From Chloroflexota bacterium (GTDB lineage Bacteria > Chloroflexota > Dormibacteria > CF-121), in assembly GCA_005881235.1 (NCBI GenBank), contig VBEQ01000207.1, forward strand, positions 1 to 39,456: DNA of 39,456 bases, read 5' to 3'. Below are positions 1 through 8,399 of this stretch, piece after piece. The first letter of the stretch is position 1. The number at the start of each line of letters is the position of its first letter. Under the pieces are notes generated by a model, which was not told where the DNA came from, ran no database searches, and saw nothing but the letters and a program-made list of their open reading frames with translations. A program made the translations under genes and the position numbers.

Positions 1-657
1 GCGAACATCCGCCACTTGATGCTCGAGGAAGCGATCCACGTCATCCGCGAGCTCTGGAAGGGCGGCTATGTCAGCCACCAGGGCGACTACTTTGATGTCC
101 ACGACGCACGCATCTTCAGCATGCCGAAGCAACTGCCCCCGATTGCCGTGGCGGCGAGTCGCCGCGAGTCGTGTCGACTCGCGGCGCGGACCGGCGCCGC
201 GCTGATCGCGACCCAGCCCAAACCAGAGCTGGTCAGCATGTATCGCGATGCCGGCGGGACAGGGCCGTGCTACGCCCAGATCGCGCTCTGCTGGGGAAAG
301 GATGAAGCACAGGCGCGCAAGACTGCGCACCAATACATGCGGTTTTCGGTTCCCGCGTGGAAGGTGATGTCGGAACTGCCCAACCCCGTCAACTTCGCCG
401 CCGCTTCGACCACGGTTCGCGAGGAGGACGTTGCCGAGTCGGTCCCGTGCGGTCCGAACGTCAACCGGCATCTCGAGGGTATTCAAAAATATCTCGACGC
501 GGGATTCGACCGCATCGCGATACTCCAGGCGGGACGCGACCAGGACGGATTCTTCGGCTTCTGGAATGAGGAGCTGAAGCCGCGCCTGGGACAGATGGGG
601 CTTGCCGCGGGCCGTCAGGAGGCCGCGGCACCGGCGGCCGGGCGCAGCTCGCGGTAA
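1..657 (+). CDS. LLM-class F420-dependent oxidoreductase, G6PDH-like family (C-terminal part; 5' end lies outside the window)
   Basis: The frame of ORF 16..657 is open back to nt 1 with no stop, so the TTG/ATG at 16-21 is probably internal. The translation (..HQGDYFDVHDARIF..PPIAVAA.., ..FSVPAWKVMSELPNP..) resembles luciferase-like F420-dependent oxidoreductases. Confidence 0.8.
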   Translation, partial: ANIRHLMLEEAIHVIRELWKGGYVSHQGDYFDVHDARIFSMPKQLPPIAVAASRRESCRLAARTGAALIATQPKPELVSMYRDAGGTGPCYAQIALCWGKDEAQARKTAHQYMRFSVPAWKVMSELPNPVNFAAASTTVREEDVAESVPCGPNVNRHLEGIQKYLDAGFDRIAILQAGRDQDGFFGFWNEELKPRLGQMGLAAGRQEAAAPAAGRSSR

Positions 658-1751
658 ACCGACAGCAGCCGGTCGAGGTTATCGGACAAGCTAAAGCGCT
701 CGACGGCCCGGGCTCGTGCGCGCCGGCCGAGCTCTCCGCGGAACTCGGGGAATTCGATCAAGGTGCGCAGCGCCAGGCGCAATTGTCCGTCGAGGTCCTT
801 GGTGTCCAGGACGATGCCCGCTCCGCGTAGCGCCTCACCGTCCGAGCCAACGTCGGTTGCCACCGGGGCGACGCCACATGCCATCGCCTCCAGCAAGGAG
901 AGCGACAAGCCTTCAACCATGGAGGGCAGGACGAAGATGTCCATGGCTCGCAACATCGCGATCCGCTCCGCTTCATCGATCACCTGCCCGGTGAAGACGA
1001 CGCGAGCGCTTCCATAGCGTCGATCGAGGCGACGCTTCTCGCTCCCGCTTCCGACGACCACCAGCTTGACATCCTCGGGCGCATCAACATCCTGGAAGGC
1101 ACGCACCAGGAGGTCGACGTTCTTCTCGGGATCGACGCGGCCGAGATAACCGACCAGGGCGCCGGCCTCGAGCGTCTGTTTGAAATCGGATGCTCCCGGT
1201 GTGTATTTCTCGATATCGACGCCGTTGGGAATCACCGCGATGTTCTCGGCGGGAACTCCGTAGGTCTCGAGCAAGCTCTTTTGTTGCTCGGAAAAGATGA
1301 TCACCCGGTCGAAGCTGGCGAGCGACTGGGCGTAGAGGCGATAGACCGCCGTGCTGATGCCCTGCCACAGCCCGAAGCGAGAGTCGTAGGGGACATGGAA
1401 GGTGGCGACAGCCGGCAGGCCGAGCTCGTGGCAGAGCTCGGGGAGTCCGAAATCGATCAGCGTGGAGAAGCTGAGCGAGACATGGACCAGGTCGACGTTC
1501 TCGCGACGCAGGAGATCGCTGATGCTGCGCTTCGTCCTCGGCGAGGAGATGATGTAGCGGTGGCTACCGGTCAATGAACGGAGCGTCAGCCCGTCGTCGG
1601 TGACCGCCGCCAGCGTGCCGTGATGGACGAAGAAGACCTTGACCCCACGAGCCCGAAGCCCGGCGACGGTCTCGCGCGAATAGGTCAGAAGGCCATCGCC
1701 CGCGCGGCCACTCTGGTGCCCGAGCCAGGCGACGCGCAACGGCTCATTCAT
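615..1751 (-). CDS. Glycosyltransferase family 4 (GT-B, group 1)
   Basis: 378 aa. C-terminal EGLSLSLLEAMACGVAPVATDVG block (E-x7-E type) is typical of GT4. The ATG at 1751 overlaps the folK stop (ATGA). Its 3' end overlaps the convergent gene by 43 nt. Confidence 0.85.
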   Translation of the reverse strand: MNEPLRVAWLGHQSGRAGDGLLTYSRETVAGLRARGVKVFFVHHGTLAAVTDDGLTLRSLTGSHRYIISSPRTKRSISDLLRRENVDLVHVSLSFSTLIDFGLPELCHELGLPAVATFHVPYDSRFGLWQGISTAVYRLYAQSLASFDRVIIFSEQQKSLLETYGVPAENIAVIPNGVDIEKYTPGASDFKQTLEAGALVGYLGRVDPEKNVDLLVRAFQDVDAPEDVKLVVVGSGSEKRRLDRRYGSARVVFTGQVIDEAERIAMLRAMDIFVLPSMVEGLSLSLLEAMACGVAPVATDVGSDGEALRGAGIVLDTKDLDGQLRLALRTLIEFPEFRGELGRRARARAVERFSLSDNLDRLLSVYRELRPAAGAAAS

Positions 1752-2149
1752 CGGGACTTGAGGTCCTCGAGGAGTTCGAGGAGAAAGGGGCGGTTCGGCA
1801 GTTCGGGGTGGGGGATGTGGAGGCCGGGCTCGTCGACGGACCTACCGTCGTAGCGCAGGATGTCGATATCGATTTCTCGTGGCCCCCATCGTTGTCGGGC
1901 GGTGCGGCCAAGCTGCCGCTCGATGTCCTTCACGGTGTTAAGCAATGGCCGAGGTTCGAGTGATGTCTCAACCTCGAGCACCTGGTTCAAGAAGCGCGGC
2001 TGGTCTTCGACGCCGAGCGGCTCGGTCTCCGCAACGCGCGACGCCCGGATCAGCGTGATGCCCGCCTCGGGCAACGCCTCGCGCGCCGCTTGCAGGTAAC
2101 CGGCTCGATCGCCCAGGTTACCGCCCAGCGCCAGCCACACCCTTGTCAC
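1748..2149 (-). CDS. folK: 2-amino-4-hydroxy-6-hydroxymethyldihydropteridine diphosphokinase (HPPK)
   Basis: 133 aa with LGGNLGD, ETEPLG..QPRFLNQV, RWGPREIDIDIL and HIPHPEL motifs. The GTG start overlaps the folP stop (GTGA). Confidence 0.9.
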   Translation of the reverse strand: MTRVWLALGGNLGDRAGYLQAAREALPEAGITLIRASRVAETEPLGVEDQPRFLNQVLEVETSLEPRPLLNTVKDIERQLGRTARQRWGPREIDIDILRYDGRSVDEPGLHIPHPELPNRPFLLELLEDLKSR

Positions 2150-2979
2150 GTGCCCCGGATGGCATCCGCCATGCGCGCCACGCGGACCATCGCCTTGACA
2201 TCATGAACGCGGACGATGTCGGCGCCACCGGCGATGCTCAGTGCGACCGCGGCGGCGGTTCCTTCCAGCCGTTCGCCGGCCGGCAGGTCGAGCGTCTTGC
2301 CGATGAACGACTTTCGCGACGGGCCGATCAGGAGCGGAAACCCCAGCTGGCGCAGCTCGGGCAGACGGCGGATGATCTCGAGGTTTTCCTCGCGTGTCTT
2401 GCCGAATCCGATTCCGGGGTCGAGGATGATGCGATCGTCCCGGATGCCGGCCGCTCGGCCCACCTCGACGCTCTCGAGCAGGCTTTGGGCGATCTCGCCA
2501 ATCAGGTCGCGGTAGCCGCCGCCTGGCTTGTTGTGCATCAGGATGACCGGAGTCCCGGCGAGAGCGACGGCCCCCGCCATCGCCGGATCGCGCCGGAGTC
2601 CCCACACGTCGTTGACCAGGGTGGCGCCGGCCGCGAGCGCTCTTTCCGCAACCTGAGCTTTATAGGTGTCGATCGAGACCGGTACCGCGACCGCGGCCGC
2701 CACCCGCTCCACGACGGGGATCACGCGCGACAATTCCTCCTCGGCGCTGACTCCCGGACCAGCCCAGGTCTCCGGGCGGGTCGATTCGCCACCGATGTCG
2801 ACCAGGTCGGCGCCATCCTGTTCCATCTGCCTGGCCTGGGTGACGGCGGTCTCGAGATCCATCACGCCGTCTCCCGAGAACGAGTCGGGGGTCACGTTGA
2901 CGATGCCCATTACATAGGTTCGCGCGCCCCAGGTGAAGTCACGCGCGCCGATGCGGGCCGATCGCATCGTGGCGGCCAT
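2146..2979 (-). CDS. folP: Dihydropteroate synthase
   Basis: 277 aa with the GIVNVTPDSFSGDG signature, DIGGESTRP and NDVWG blocks. Confidence 0.93.
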   Translation of the reverse strand: MAATMRSARIGARDFTWGARTYVMGIVNVTPDSFSGDGVMDLETAVTQARQMEQDGADLVDIGGESTRPETWAGPGVSAEEELSRVIPVVERVAAAVAVPVSIDTYKAQVAERALAAGATLVNDVWGLRRDPAMAGAVALAGTPVILMHNKPGGGYRDLIGEIAQSLLESVEVGRAAGIRDDRIILDPGIGFGKTREENLEIIRRLPELRQLGFPLLIGPSRKSFIGKTLDLPAGERLEGTAAAVALSIAGGADIVRVHDVKAMVRVARMADAIRGT

Positions 2980-3008
2980 CGGCCTGAGCGTAGCATCATG
3001 TCGTTTCG

Positions 3009-4505
3009 GTGACAGACATCAAACTAAGCCGCCTCCTCGAGGGCGTCGAGGTGCTCGAGGCACCGCCAACCGACCCTGAGGTCAGCGGCCTCTGCTACGA
3101 CTCCCGGCGCCTCAACCCAGGCGACTGCTTCGTCGCCATCCCGGGTACGCACACCGACGGGCACCGCTACGTCGAAACGGCGCTGCGCGATGGTGCGGTG
3201 GCGGCGGTGGTGCAGCGCCGGGCCGGCGCCGCCTGGCCGCAGGTGGTGGTGCCGGACACGCGCCGGGCGCTCGCCCTGATGTCGAGCACGTTCTACGGTC
3301 GCCCCAGCGCGGACATGGTGGTCATCGGGGTGACTGGAACCGATGGCAAGACGACCACCACGACGATGATCCACCAGATGCTGTTGAGCGCCGGGCGGCG
3401 AGTCGGTTCAATGAGCACGGTGGACATCCGCCTGGGCGACGCCGTCGATCCAAACGATTCGCGCCAGACCACCCTGGAGGCGCTGGAGGTTCAGGAGCAA
3501 TTGGCTCGGATGCGCGATGCCGAAGTGAAGTACGCCGTGATCGAAACCAGCTCGCATGGGCTCGCGTTGCAACGCGTGGTGGGGGTCGAGTATGACGTAG
3601 CCGTTTTCACCAACATCGCGCACGAGCATCTCGATTTCCACAAGACGATCGAGGCCTACCGAGAGGCGAAGGCGCAGCTGATCGACCTGACAGCCGGCAG
3701 TGCCCGCAAGGGTATCGAGAAGACGGCCGTGCTCAACCGCGATGACCCGAGTTACGCGTACCTCGTCGACCGGCCGATTGCCCGCCGGATCACCTACGGC
3801 TTGCAGCTCGAGGCGGACCTCAAAGCCGATCGAGTCGAGGCAACCCCGCAGGGTCTACGGGTCGATGGGTCCACACCGCTTGGGCCGCTCGCGCTGGATT
3901 TGAAGTTGAGCGGCCGCTGGAACGCGGCCAATGCGCTGGCCGCGGCGGCCACCGGTGTCGCCGTCGGGCTGACGCTCGACGAGATCCGTCATGGGCTGGA
4001 TAGTTACGCGGGGGTCAGTGGCCGGATGGAGCGTGTCGACCTTGGCCAGCCGTTCAGCGTGATCATCGACTATGCGCATACGCCGCAGAGCCTCGAGAAG
4101 GTCCTCCGCGAGCTGCGGCCCATCACGCGGGGCAAGCTCATCGCCGTCTTCGGTAGCGCCGGCGATCGCGATCGCGAGAAGCGGCCCTGGATGGGCGAGA
4201 TCGCGGCCCGTCTCAGCGACTACGCCGTTTTCACGAACGAAGACCCGCGCGAAGAAGACGCCATGACGATCCTCAGCGAAATTGCCGCTGGTGCGGAGGA
4301 GGTCGGCTGGAGCGAGGGCCAGCAGTACGCGCGCATCGAGGACCGGCGGCAGGGGATCGCGCATGCAGTCCGCCGCGCCGGTCCTGGGGATACCATCCTG
4401 CTCGCCGGCAAAGGGCACGAACGGAGCATTCTCATCGGCCGGGGCAAAGAGCCCTGGGACGAACGAGCCGCGGCCGAAGCGGCGATCCGCGGACTCTCGT
4501 CGTGA
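3009..4505 (+). CDS. murE: UDP-N-acetylmuramoyl-L-alanyl-D-glutamate--2,6-diaminopimelate ligase
   Basis: 498 aa. Mur ligase P-loop GVTGTDGKTTT, DNPR-like DDPS region, C-terminal domain with GKGHE. GTG start lies 29 nt from the divergent folP start. Confidence 0.93.
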   Translation: MTDIKLSRLLEGVEVLEAPPTDPEVSGLCYDSRRLNPGDCFVAIPGTHTDGHRYVETALRDGAVAAVVQRRAGAAWPQVVVPDTRRALALMSSTFYGRPSADMVVIGVTGTDGKTTTTTMIHQMLLSAGRRVGSMSTVDIRLGDAVDPNDSRQTTLEALEVQEQLARMRDAEVKYAVIETSSHGLALQRVVGVEYDVAVFTNIAHEHLDFHKTIEAYREAKAQLIDLTAGSARKGIEKTAVLNRDDPSYAYLVDRPIARRITYGLQLEADLKADRVEATPQGLRVDGSTPLGPLALDLKLSGRWNAANALAAAATGVAVGLTLDEIRHGLDSYAGVSGRMERVDLGQPFSVIIDYAHTPQSLEKVLRELRPITRGKLIAVFGSAGDRDREKRPWMGEIAARLSDYAVFTNEDPREEDAMTILSEIAAGAEEVGWSEGQQYARIEDRRQGIAHAVRRAGPGDTILLAGKGHERSILIGRGKEPWDERAAAEAAIRGLSS

Positions 4506-4521
4506 CGAAGCCCGAACGCCA

Positions 4522-4944
4522 ATGAGCCGGGCCGTTGAGGAGGTCAACCGCCGGATGCTCCGCGCCCGCGACGCGATGGATCGCGCTTACGCCGAGCCAT
4601 TGGACCTGGCGACGCTGGCTCGGATTGCCAACGTCTCGGAAGCGCACTTCATCCGCACCTTCCGCGCCACCTTTGGCGAGACGCCGCACCGCTACCTCCA
4701 GCGCCGGCGGGTCGAACGAGCCATGTTCTTGCTGCGCGCGACCGACCGGAGCGTGACGGACGTCTGCCTGGACGTGGGGTTCACCAGCCTGGGCACCTTT
4801 AGCCGGAGCTTTCGCGACATCGTCGGCGAGCCACCATCCGGGTACCGTGCGCGTGGGCCGATCGTCGCCGTCCCGACCTGCTTCGCGATGGCATGGACCC
4901 GACCGAGCAGTTTTGGAGAAGCCAAAGCCAGAGACGTCGTCTAG
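4522..4944 (+). CDS. AraC-family HTH transcriptional regulator (small, DNA-binding domain only)
   Basis: The ATG at 4522 follows the murE stop by 16 nt; the upstream part of ORF 4282..4944 overlaps murE and looks non-coding. Translation has the AraC double HTH (..LARIANVSEAHFIRTFRATFGETPHRYL..VTDVCLDVGFTSLGTFSRSFR..). Confidence 0.8.
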   Translation: MSRAVEEVNRRMLRARDAMDRAYAEPLDLATLARIANVSEAHFIRTFRATFGETPHRYLQRRRVERAMFLLRATDRSVTDVCLDVGFTSLGTFSRSFRDIVGEPPSGYRARGPIVAVPTCFAMAWTRPSSFGEAKARDVV

Positions 4945-4950
4945 CGTGGG

Positions 4951-4973
4951 ATCCAACATCAATCCCAACATCA
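4951..4973 (+). repeat. Two-copy tandem repeat ATCC(C)AACATCA between the AraC-family gene and the VOC gene
   Basis: CCAACATCA occurs at 4953-4961 and again at 4965-4973 (12-nt period), immediately upstream of the GGAGG (4975-4979) of the VOC gene. Confidence 0.6.
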
Positions 4974-4986
4974 CGGAGGTCTACCC

Positions 4987-5433
4987 ATGTTCAAGGCTCT
5001 TCTGATCACGTCGCTCTACGTTCTCGACCAGAACAAGGCGCTCGACTTCTACGTCGGCAAGCTCGGCCTCGAAGTGAACACCGATCAGGATCTGGGCTTC
5101 ATGCGCTGGCTGACGGTGAATGTGCCGGGCGATGCCCGCCAGATCCTGCTGGAGAGGCCCGGCGCGCCAGGCCTCGACGAAAAGACCGCCGAGCAGGCCC
5201 GCGAGCTGGTGACGAAAGGCGCGACCGGCGGGACCCTGTTCTTCACGACCGACGATTGCTGGAAGACCTACGAGGAGCTGCGGGCGAAGGGCGTCGAGTT
5301 CACCGAGGGGCCAACCGAGCGACCGTACGGCATCGACTGCGGCCTGCGTGACCCGTTCGGCAACCACATCCGTTTCTCGCAGCTGCTCCAGGTCCCAACA
5401 GCTACGGCGAGGGCGACCAAGGCGAACCGATGA
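4987..5433 (+). CDS. VOC family protein (glyoxalase/bleomycin-resistance fold)
   Basis: 148 aa. GGAGG sits 7 nt upstream of the ATG. N-terminal ..LYVLDQNKALDFYVGKLGLEV.. and C-terminal ..RDPFGNHIRF.. are typical of VOC proteins. Confidence 0.85.
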   Translation: MFKALLITSLYVLDQNKALDFYVGKLGLEVNTDQDLGFMRWLTVNVPGDARQILLERPGAPGLDEKTAEQARELVTKGATGGTLFFTTDDCWKTYEELRAKGVEFTEGPTERPYGIDCGLRDPFGNHIRFSQLLQVPTATARATKANR

Positions 5434-5876
5434 AGTTTCGCGCAACAATCGAGCTCGCAGGCAAGACCGCTACCGGCATCGAGGTGCCGGCAGCGGTCGT
5501 CACCAAACTGGGATCCAGCAAGAAACCAGCGGTTCGCGTCACGATCAAGGGTTACACGTATCGGAGCACCATCGCCACCATGGGTGGGCGGTTCATGCTG
5601 CCGATCAGCGCGCAGGTCCGCGAGGCCGCGGGTGTGGCCGCCCGCGACAAGGTCGACGTCGATGTCGACCTCGACACGGCGCCTCGCGTGGTGACGGTGC
5701 CGCCCGACTTCTCGCGCGCGCTCGCGCGCGAACCCGCCGCGAAGCGTTTCTTCGAGGGTTTGAATTTCAGCAGCAAGCAGCGGATCGTGATCGCCATCGA
5801 GGCTGCCAAGACACCGGAAACCCGTGAGCGGCGAATCGCGAAGGCGGTCAGCTCCCTGCGCGAGGGCCGAAGTTAG
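5430..5876 (+). CDS. DUF1905 / YdeI-OmpD-associated family protein
   Basis: 148 aa with ATGA overlap to the preceding gene. N-terminal ..ATIELAGKTATGIEVP..VRVTIKGYTYRSTIATMGG.. (DUF1905-like) and C-terminal ..FF..L..SKQR..I..AK.PETRERRI.. (YdeI-like). Confidence 0.75.
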   Translation: MKFRATIELAGKTATGIEVPAAVVTKLGSSKKPAVRVTIKGYTYRSTIATMGGRFMLPISAQVREAAGVAARDKVDVDVDLDTAPRVVTVPPDFSRALAREPAAKRFFEGLNFSSKQRIVIAIEAAKTPETRERRIAKAVSSLREGRS

Positions 5877-5889
5877 CAGTCCGAGAACC

Positions 5890-6642
5890 TTACCGACGCG
5901 CGGCCAGCACCAGTTTGCGATCGGTAAACGACTTCACACCGCCGTCGGCAACCACGATCTCGAGGTCGCGGACGGCTGAGGCCGGAGCGTCGAGGAAACG
6001 GGCACGGACTCGCTCCTGGGTCGCGGCGTCTTCGCCGCCGCGTTCCAGCCACGGCTCGAAGTCGTGGGCCTTGCGAACGACCTCAAGCTTCGCGATGCGC
6101 AGGCCGGCCGCTTCGGCAAACGCGATCCATTCTCGCTGCGTGTAGATGTGTCGGTGCGTCGGGTCGCGCAGCCTTTCGACCTCATCCTGGTACGCCGCGC
6201 TTTCCGAGTCCTCGGGAGCGAGCGTGTCGACAAAGATGAAGACGCCGCCCGGCCGGAGCACACGCGCTACCTCGCGGAAGGCGAGCGCGACGTCGTCGAA
6301 GTGATGGGCGGCCAATCGGGTGGCGACAATGTCGAAGCTCGCGTCCTGGAAGGGCAGCCGTTCCGCGACTGCCTCGACGAACTCGGCGTTTCGCACGCCG
6401 ACCTCGCCTAGGACACGTCGCGCGGTCGCCAGCATGGCTGGCACAGGGTCGGTCAGGACGACGCTCGATGCGTGGGGCGCGAGCGCGAGCGCGGTGTGGC
6501 CGGCGCCGGTCCCGATGTCGAGCACCCGTTCGCCTCCCATTGGCGCGGCGAAGTCGACGACCAGTTGCAGCTCGCGGCCCGACTTGTGCTCGCCGGTAGC
6601 GTACGCGTCGGCGGCTTTCTCCCAGCGGGTGGCGCTACTCAC
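5890..6642 (-). CDS. Class I SAM-dependent methyltransferase (type 11)
   Basis: 250 aa with the VLDIGTGAGH SAM-binding motif I, later FDIV and LRPGG blocks. GTG start. Confidence 0.85.
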   Translation of the reverse strand: MSSATRWEKAADAYATGEHKSGRELQLVVDFAAPMGGERVLDIGTGAGHTALALAPHASSVVLTDPVPAMLATARRVLGEVGVRNAEFVEAVAERLPFQDASFDIVATRLAAHHFDDVALAFREVARVLRPGGVFIFVDTLAPEDSESAAYQDEVERLRDPTHRHIYTQREWIAFAEAAGLRIAKLEVVRKAHDFEPWLERGGEDAATQERVRARFLDAPASAVRDLEIVVADGGVKSFTDRKLVLAARR

Positions 6643-6646
6643 CCGC

Positions 6647-7477
6647 TCAGCTTAGGGCGACGCTGTCCAGGACCTGCTTGACCACCGGCGAATTCGGGTC
6701 GGCGGCAAAGAACGAGAACTGATAGCTGCGTCCCTTGGTCTGGTCGCGGCCGAGGAAGACCGCCGACATGAAGGGCCAGCCCTGATCGGGGCGCGCCCAG
6801 GCGGATGTGACCTTACAGGTATCGAGGGCGACCCTCGATACCTGCTCGCCCCCGCGCGCGGTGTAGCTCCAGACCTGTTGCACCGTCAGCGTGTCCGAAG
6901 CGCTGGTTTGAAGAATCAGGAAGGGAAGATCGTCGCCGCTCTTCAAGATCGTGGTCAATGCCGGATCGGACGACGGGGCGACCTGGTAACCCGGCGGCAG
7001 CATCAGGCTCCAACCCAACCCGCTCGCCGCGTGGATCGCCGTCGTCACGACCAGGTCCGACCGGACCCATCCGGCGAGGCTGGCCTGCTTGACGTGATAC
7101 CAGACGCTTCCCGAGGCATCAGGCGCACGCTGATCGGCCGTCGCCTGGGTACCCTGCGATAGGATGCCCAGCTGCGCGGTCGAGGAGCTCGCTCCAGCAC
7201 GCACCTTTGCGCCCAACGGCTCGTTGACCCACACCGGGAACGGCAGAGCCGGCGCGGCCGGCGGTGTGACGGTCGTCGCCGTCTTTGGCATCGGAAGGGA
7301 AGCGGGGCACGATGTCGGCGAGGCGTGCGGATCGATGGTCCCCGAGGCGGAGGGTTGAGGCCGGCCCGCCACGGCGTTGGACTTGTAGAGAGACGTCAGC
7401 GGCCCAGCCAGCAGGAAGGCCGCCGCGGCGCCGATTGCCATCAGGGGAATTAGGCGGAGAGCCGACCTCATGTTCAT
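6647..7477 (-). CDS. Secreted/anchored protein with bacterial SH3 domain (paralog of 28814..29665)
   Basis: 276 aa. N-terminal hydrophobic signal/anchor, Pro/Ala/Thr linker, then an SH3b-like segment (..AKVRAGASSSTAQLGILSQGT...VWYHVK..LAGWVRSDL..). The C-terminal domain ends ..VVKQVLDSVALS. Confidence 0.6.
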   Translation of the reverse strand: MNMRSALRLIPLMAIGAAAAFLLAGPLTSLYKSNAVAGRPQPSASGTIDPHASPTSCPASLPMPKTATTVTPPAAPALPFPVWVNEPLGAKVRAGASSSTAQLGILSQGTQATADQRAPDASGSVWYHVKQASLAGWVRSDLVVTTAIHAASGLGWSLMLPPGYQVAPSSDPALTTILKSGDDLPFLILQTSASDTLTVQQVWSYTARGGEQVSRVALDTCKVTSAWARPDQGWPFMSAVFLGRDQTKGRSYQFSFFAADPNSPVVKQVLDSVALS

Positions 7478-7501
7478 GCAACGCCGCCCCCCGTCGGTGC
7501 G

Positions 7502-8128
7502 TTACGACAGCGGTTTGCGCCCCGGCAGCCCGCTTCGGCGCGGAAAGCGCGCCGGCGTGGGGACCAGCTTCGGCACCACGACGAGGGCATGGCCGCCGGC
7601 GGGGTGCTCGAGGCGTGGAAGCCCCCCGCCGAGGAGGCGGGCGGCCGGCTCGAGGACGAGCGGGTCGAGGGGGCTGACCTGGGCAACGAGATCTCCACCA
7701 GTTCTAACGAAGGGAAGGGCCAGCTCCAGCAGCACCTCCGGTCGTGCTGCCGCCCTCGAGATCGCCCGATCGAATTGCTCCCGAAGCGCAGGCTGGTGGC
7801 CGAGCTCCTCCGCCCGCCCCAGGGCCACCGCGACGTTCGCCAGGCCGAGCGTCCCGGCCACGTGCTCGAGAAAGGCGCACTTGCGGGCGTTGGCCTCCAG
7901 CAGGGTGAACTGGATATGCGGCATCTCGACCGCCAGCGGAATCGCCGGCAGGCCACCGCCGCTACCGATATCGATCACCCTGGTGATGCCACCCCAGGAC
8001 GCCTCGACCAGGACGCCGGCATCATCGATCAGCGCCTCGACCTCCTCGAGCGTCCGTGCCCCGGTGAGATTGATACTTCGGTTCCACTCGAGAAGCAGGT
8101 GCGCGTACTGCTGAACTTTTGGGCGCAC
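7502..8128 (-). CDS. rsmG: 16S rRNA (guanine527-N7)-methyltransferase
   Basis: Translation from the GTG at 8128 (VRPKVQQYAHLLLEWNRSINLTG..VIDIGSGGGLPAIPLA..LLEANARKCAFL) matches RsmG/GidB. The Arg-rich part of ORF 7502..8374 upstream of 8128 overlaps the zinc-ribbon gene and looks non-coding. Confidence 0.85.
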   Translation of the reverse strand: MRPKVQQYAHLLLEWNRSINLTGARTLEEVEALIDDAGVLVEASWGGITRVIDIGSGGGLPAIPLAVEMPHIQFTLLEANARKCAFLEHVAGTLGLANVAVALGRAEELGHQPALREQFDRAISRAAARPEVLLELALPFVRTGGDLVAQVSPLDPLVLEPAARLLGGGLPRLEHPAGGHALVVVPKLVPTPARFPRRSGLPGRKPLS

Positions 8129-8133
8129 AACCT

Positions 8134-8143
8134 TACAATATTG
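8134..8143. promoter_or_regulatory. AT-rich palindrome CAATATTG with -10-like hexamers on both strands, lying between two divergent start codons
   Basis: TACAAT (8134-8139, + strand) ends 6 nt before the GTG at 8146. TATTGT (8140-8135, - strand) ends 6 nt before the GTG at 8128. CAATATTG (8136-8143) is a perfect palindrome. Confidence 0.3.
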
Positions 8144-8145
8144 AC

Positions 8146-8364
8146 GTGCCGATCTACGAGTTCTCCTGCCTGAGTTGCCGCCAAACGTTTGACGTCTTCG
8201 GCGGCTACGCGAGTCGCGACGAGCGCCAGGTCTGCCCCAGCTGTGAGAGCACCAACACGAAGGTGATGTTCTCCACCTTCGCGGTGGTGGGCACCGGCGA
8301 GGCGTCGAGCGCATCGACCAGCGGCGGCTGCGCCTGCGGCGGCAGTTGCGCCTGCTCGAATTGA
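8146..8364 (+). CDS. FmdB-family zinc-ribbon protein (CxxC_CxxC_SSSS type)
   Basis: Translation from the GTG at 8146 begins VPIYEFSCLSCRQTFDV...CPSCES, the typical FmdB N-terminus, and ends with a Gly/Cys-rich tail (GGCACGGSCACS). An alternative ATG at 8119 would overlap rsmG. Confidence 0.8.
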   Translation: MPIYEFSCLSCRQTFDVFGGYASRDERQVCPSCESTNTKVMFSTFAVVGTGEASSASTSGGCACGGSCACSN

Positions 8365-8399
8365 GCGTAAACAACTAGACACCGGCGCCCCCTTCCGGC

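Noticed and set aside
8129-8374. The 5' extension of the rsmG ORF, which would give a 290-aa version.
   Set aside because: The extra 82 residues are an Arg/Ser/Pro-rich string antisense to the FmdB-like zinc-ribbon gene. The RsmG homology starts at the GTG at 8128.
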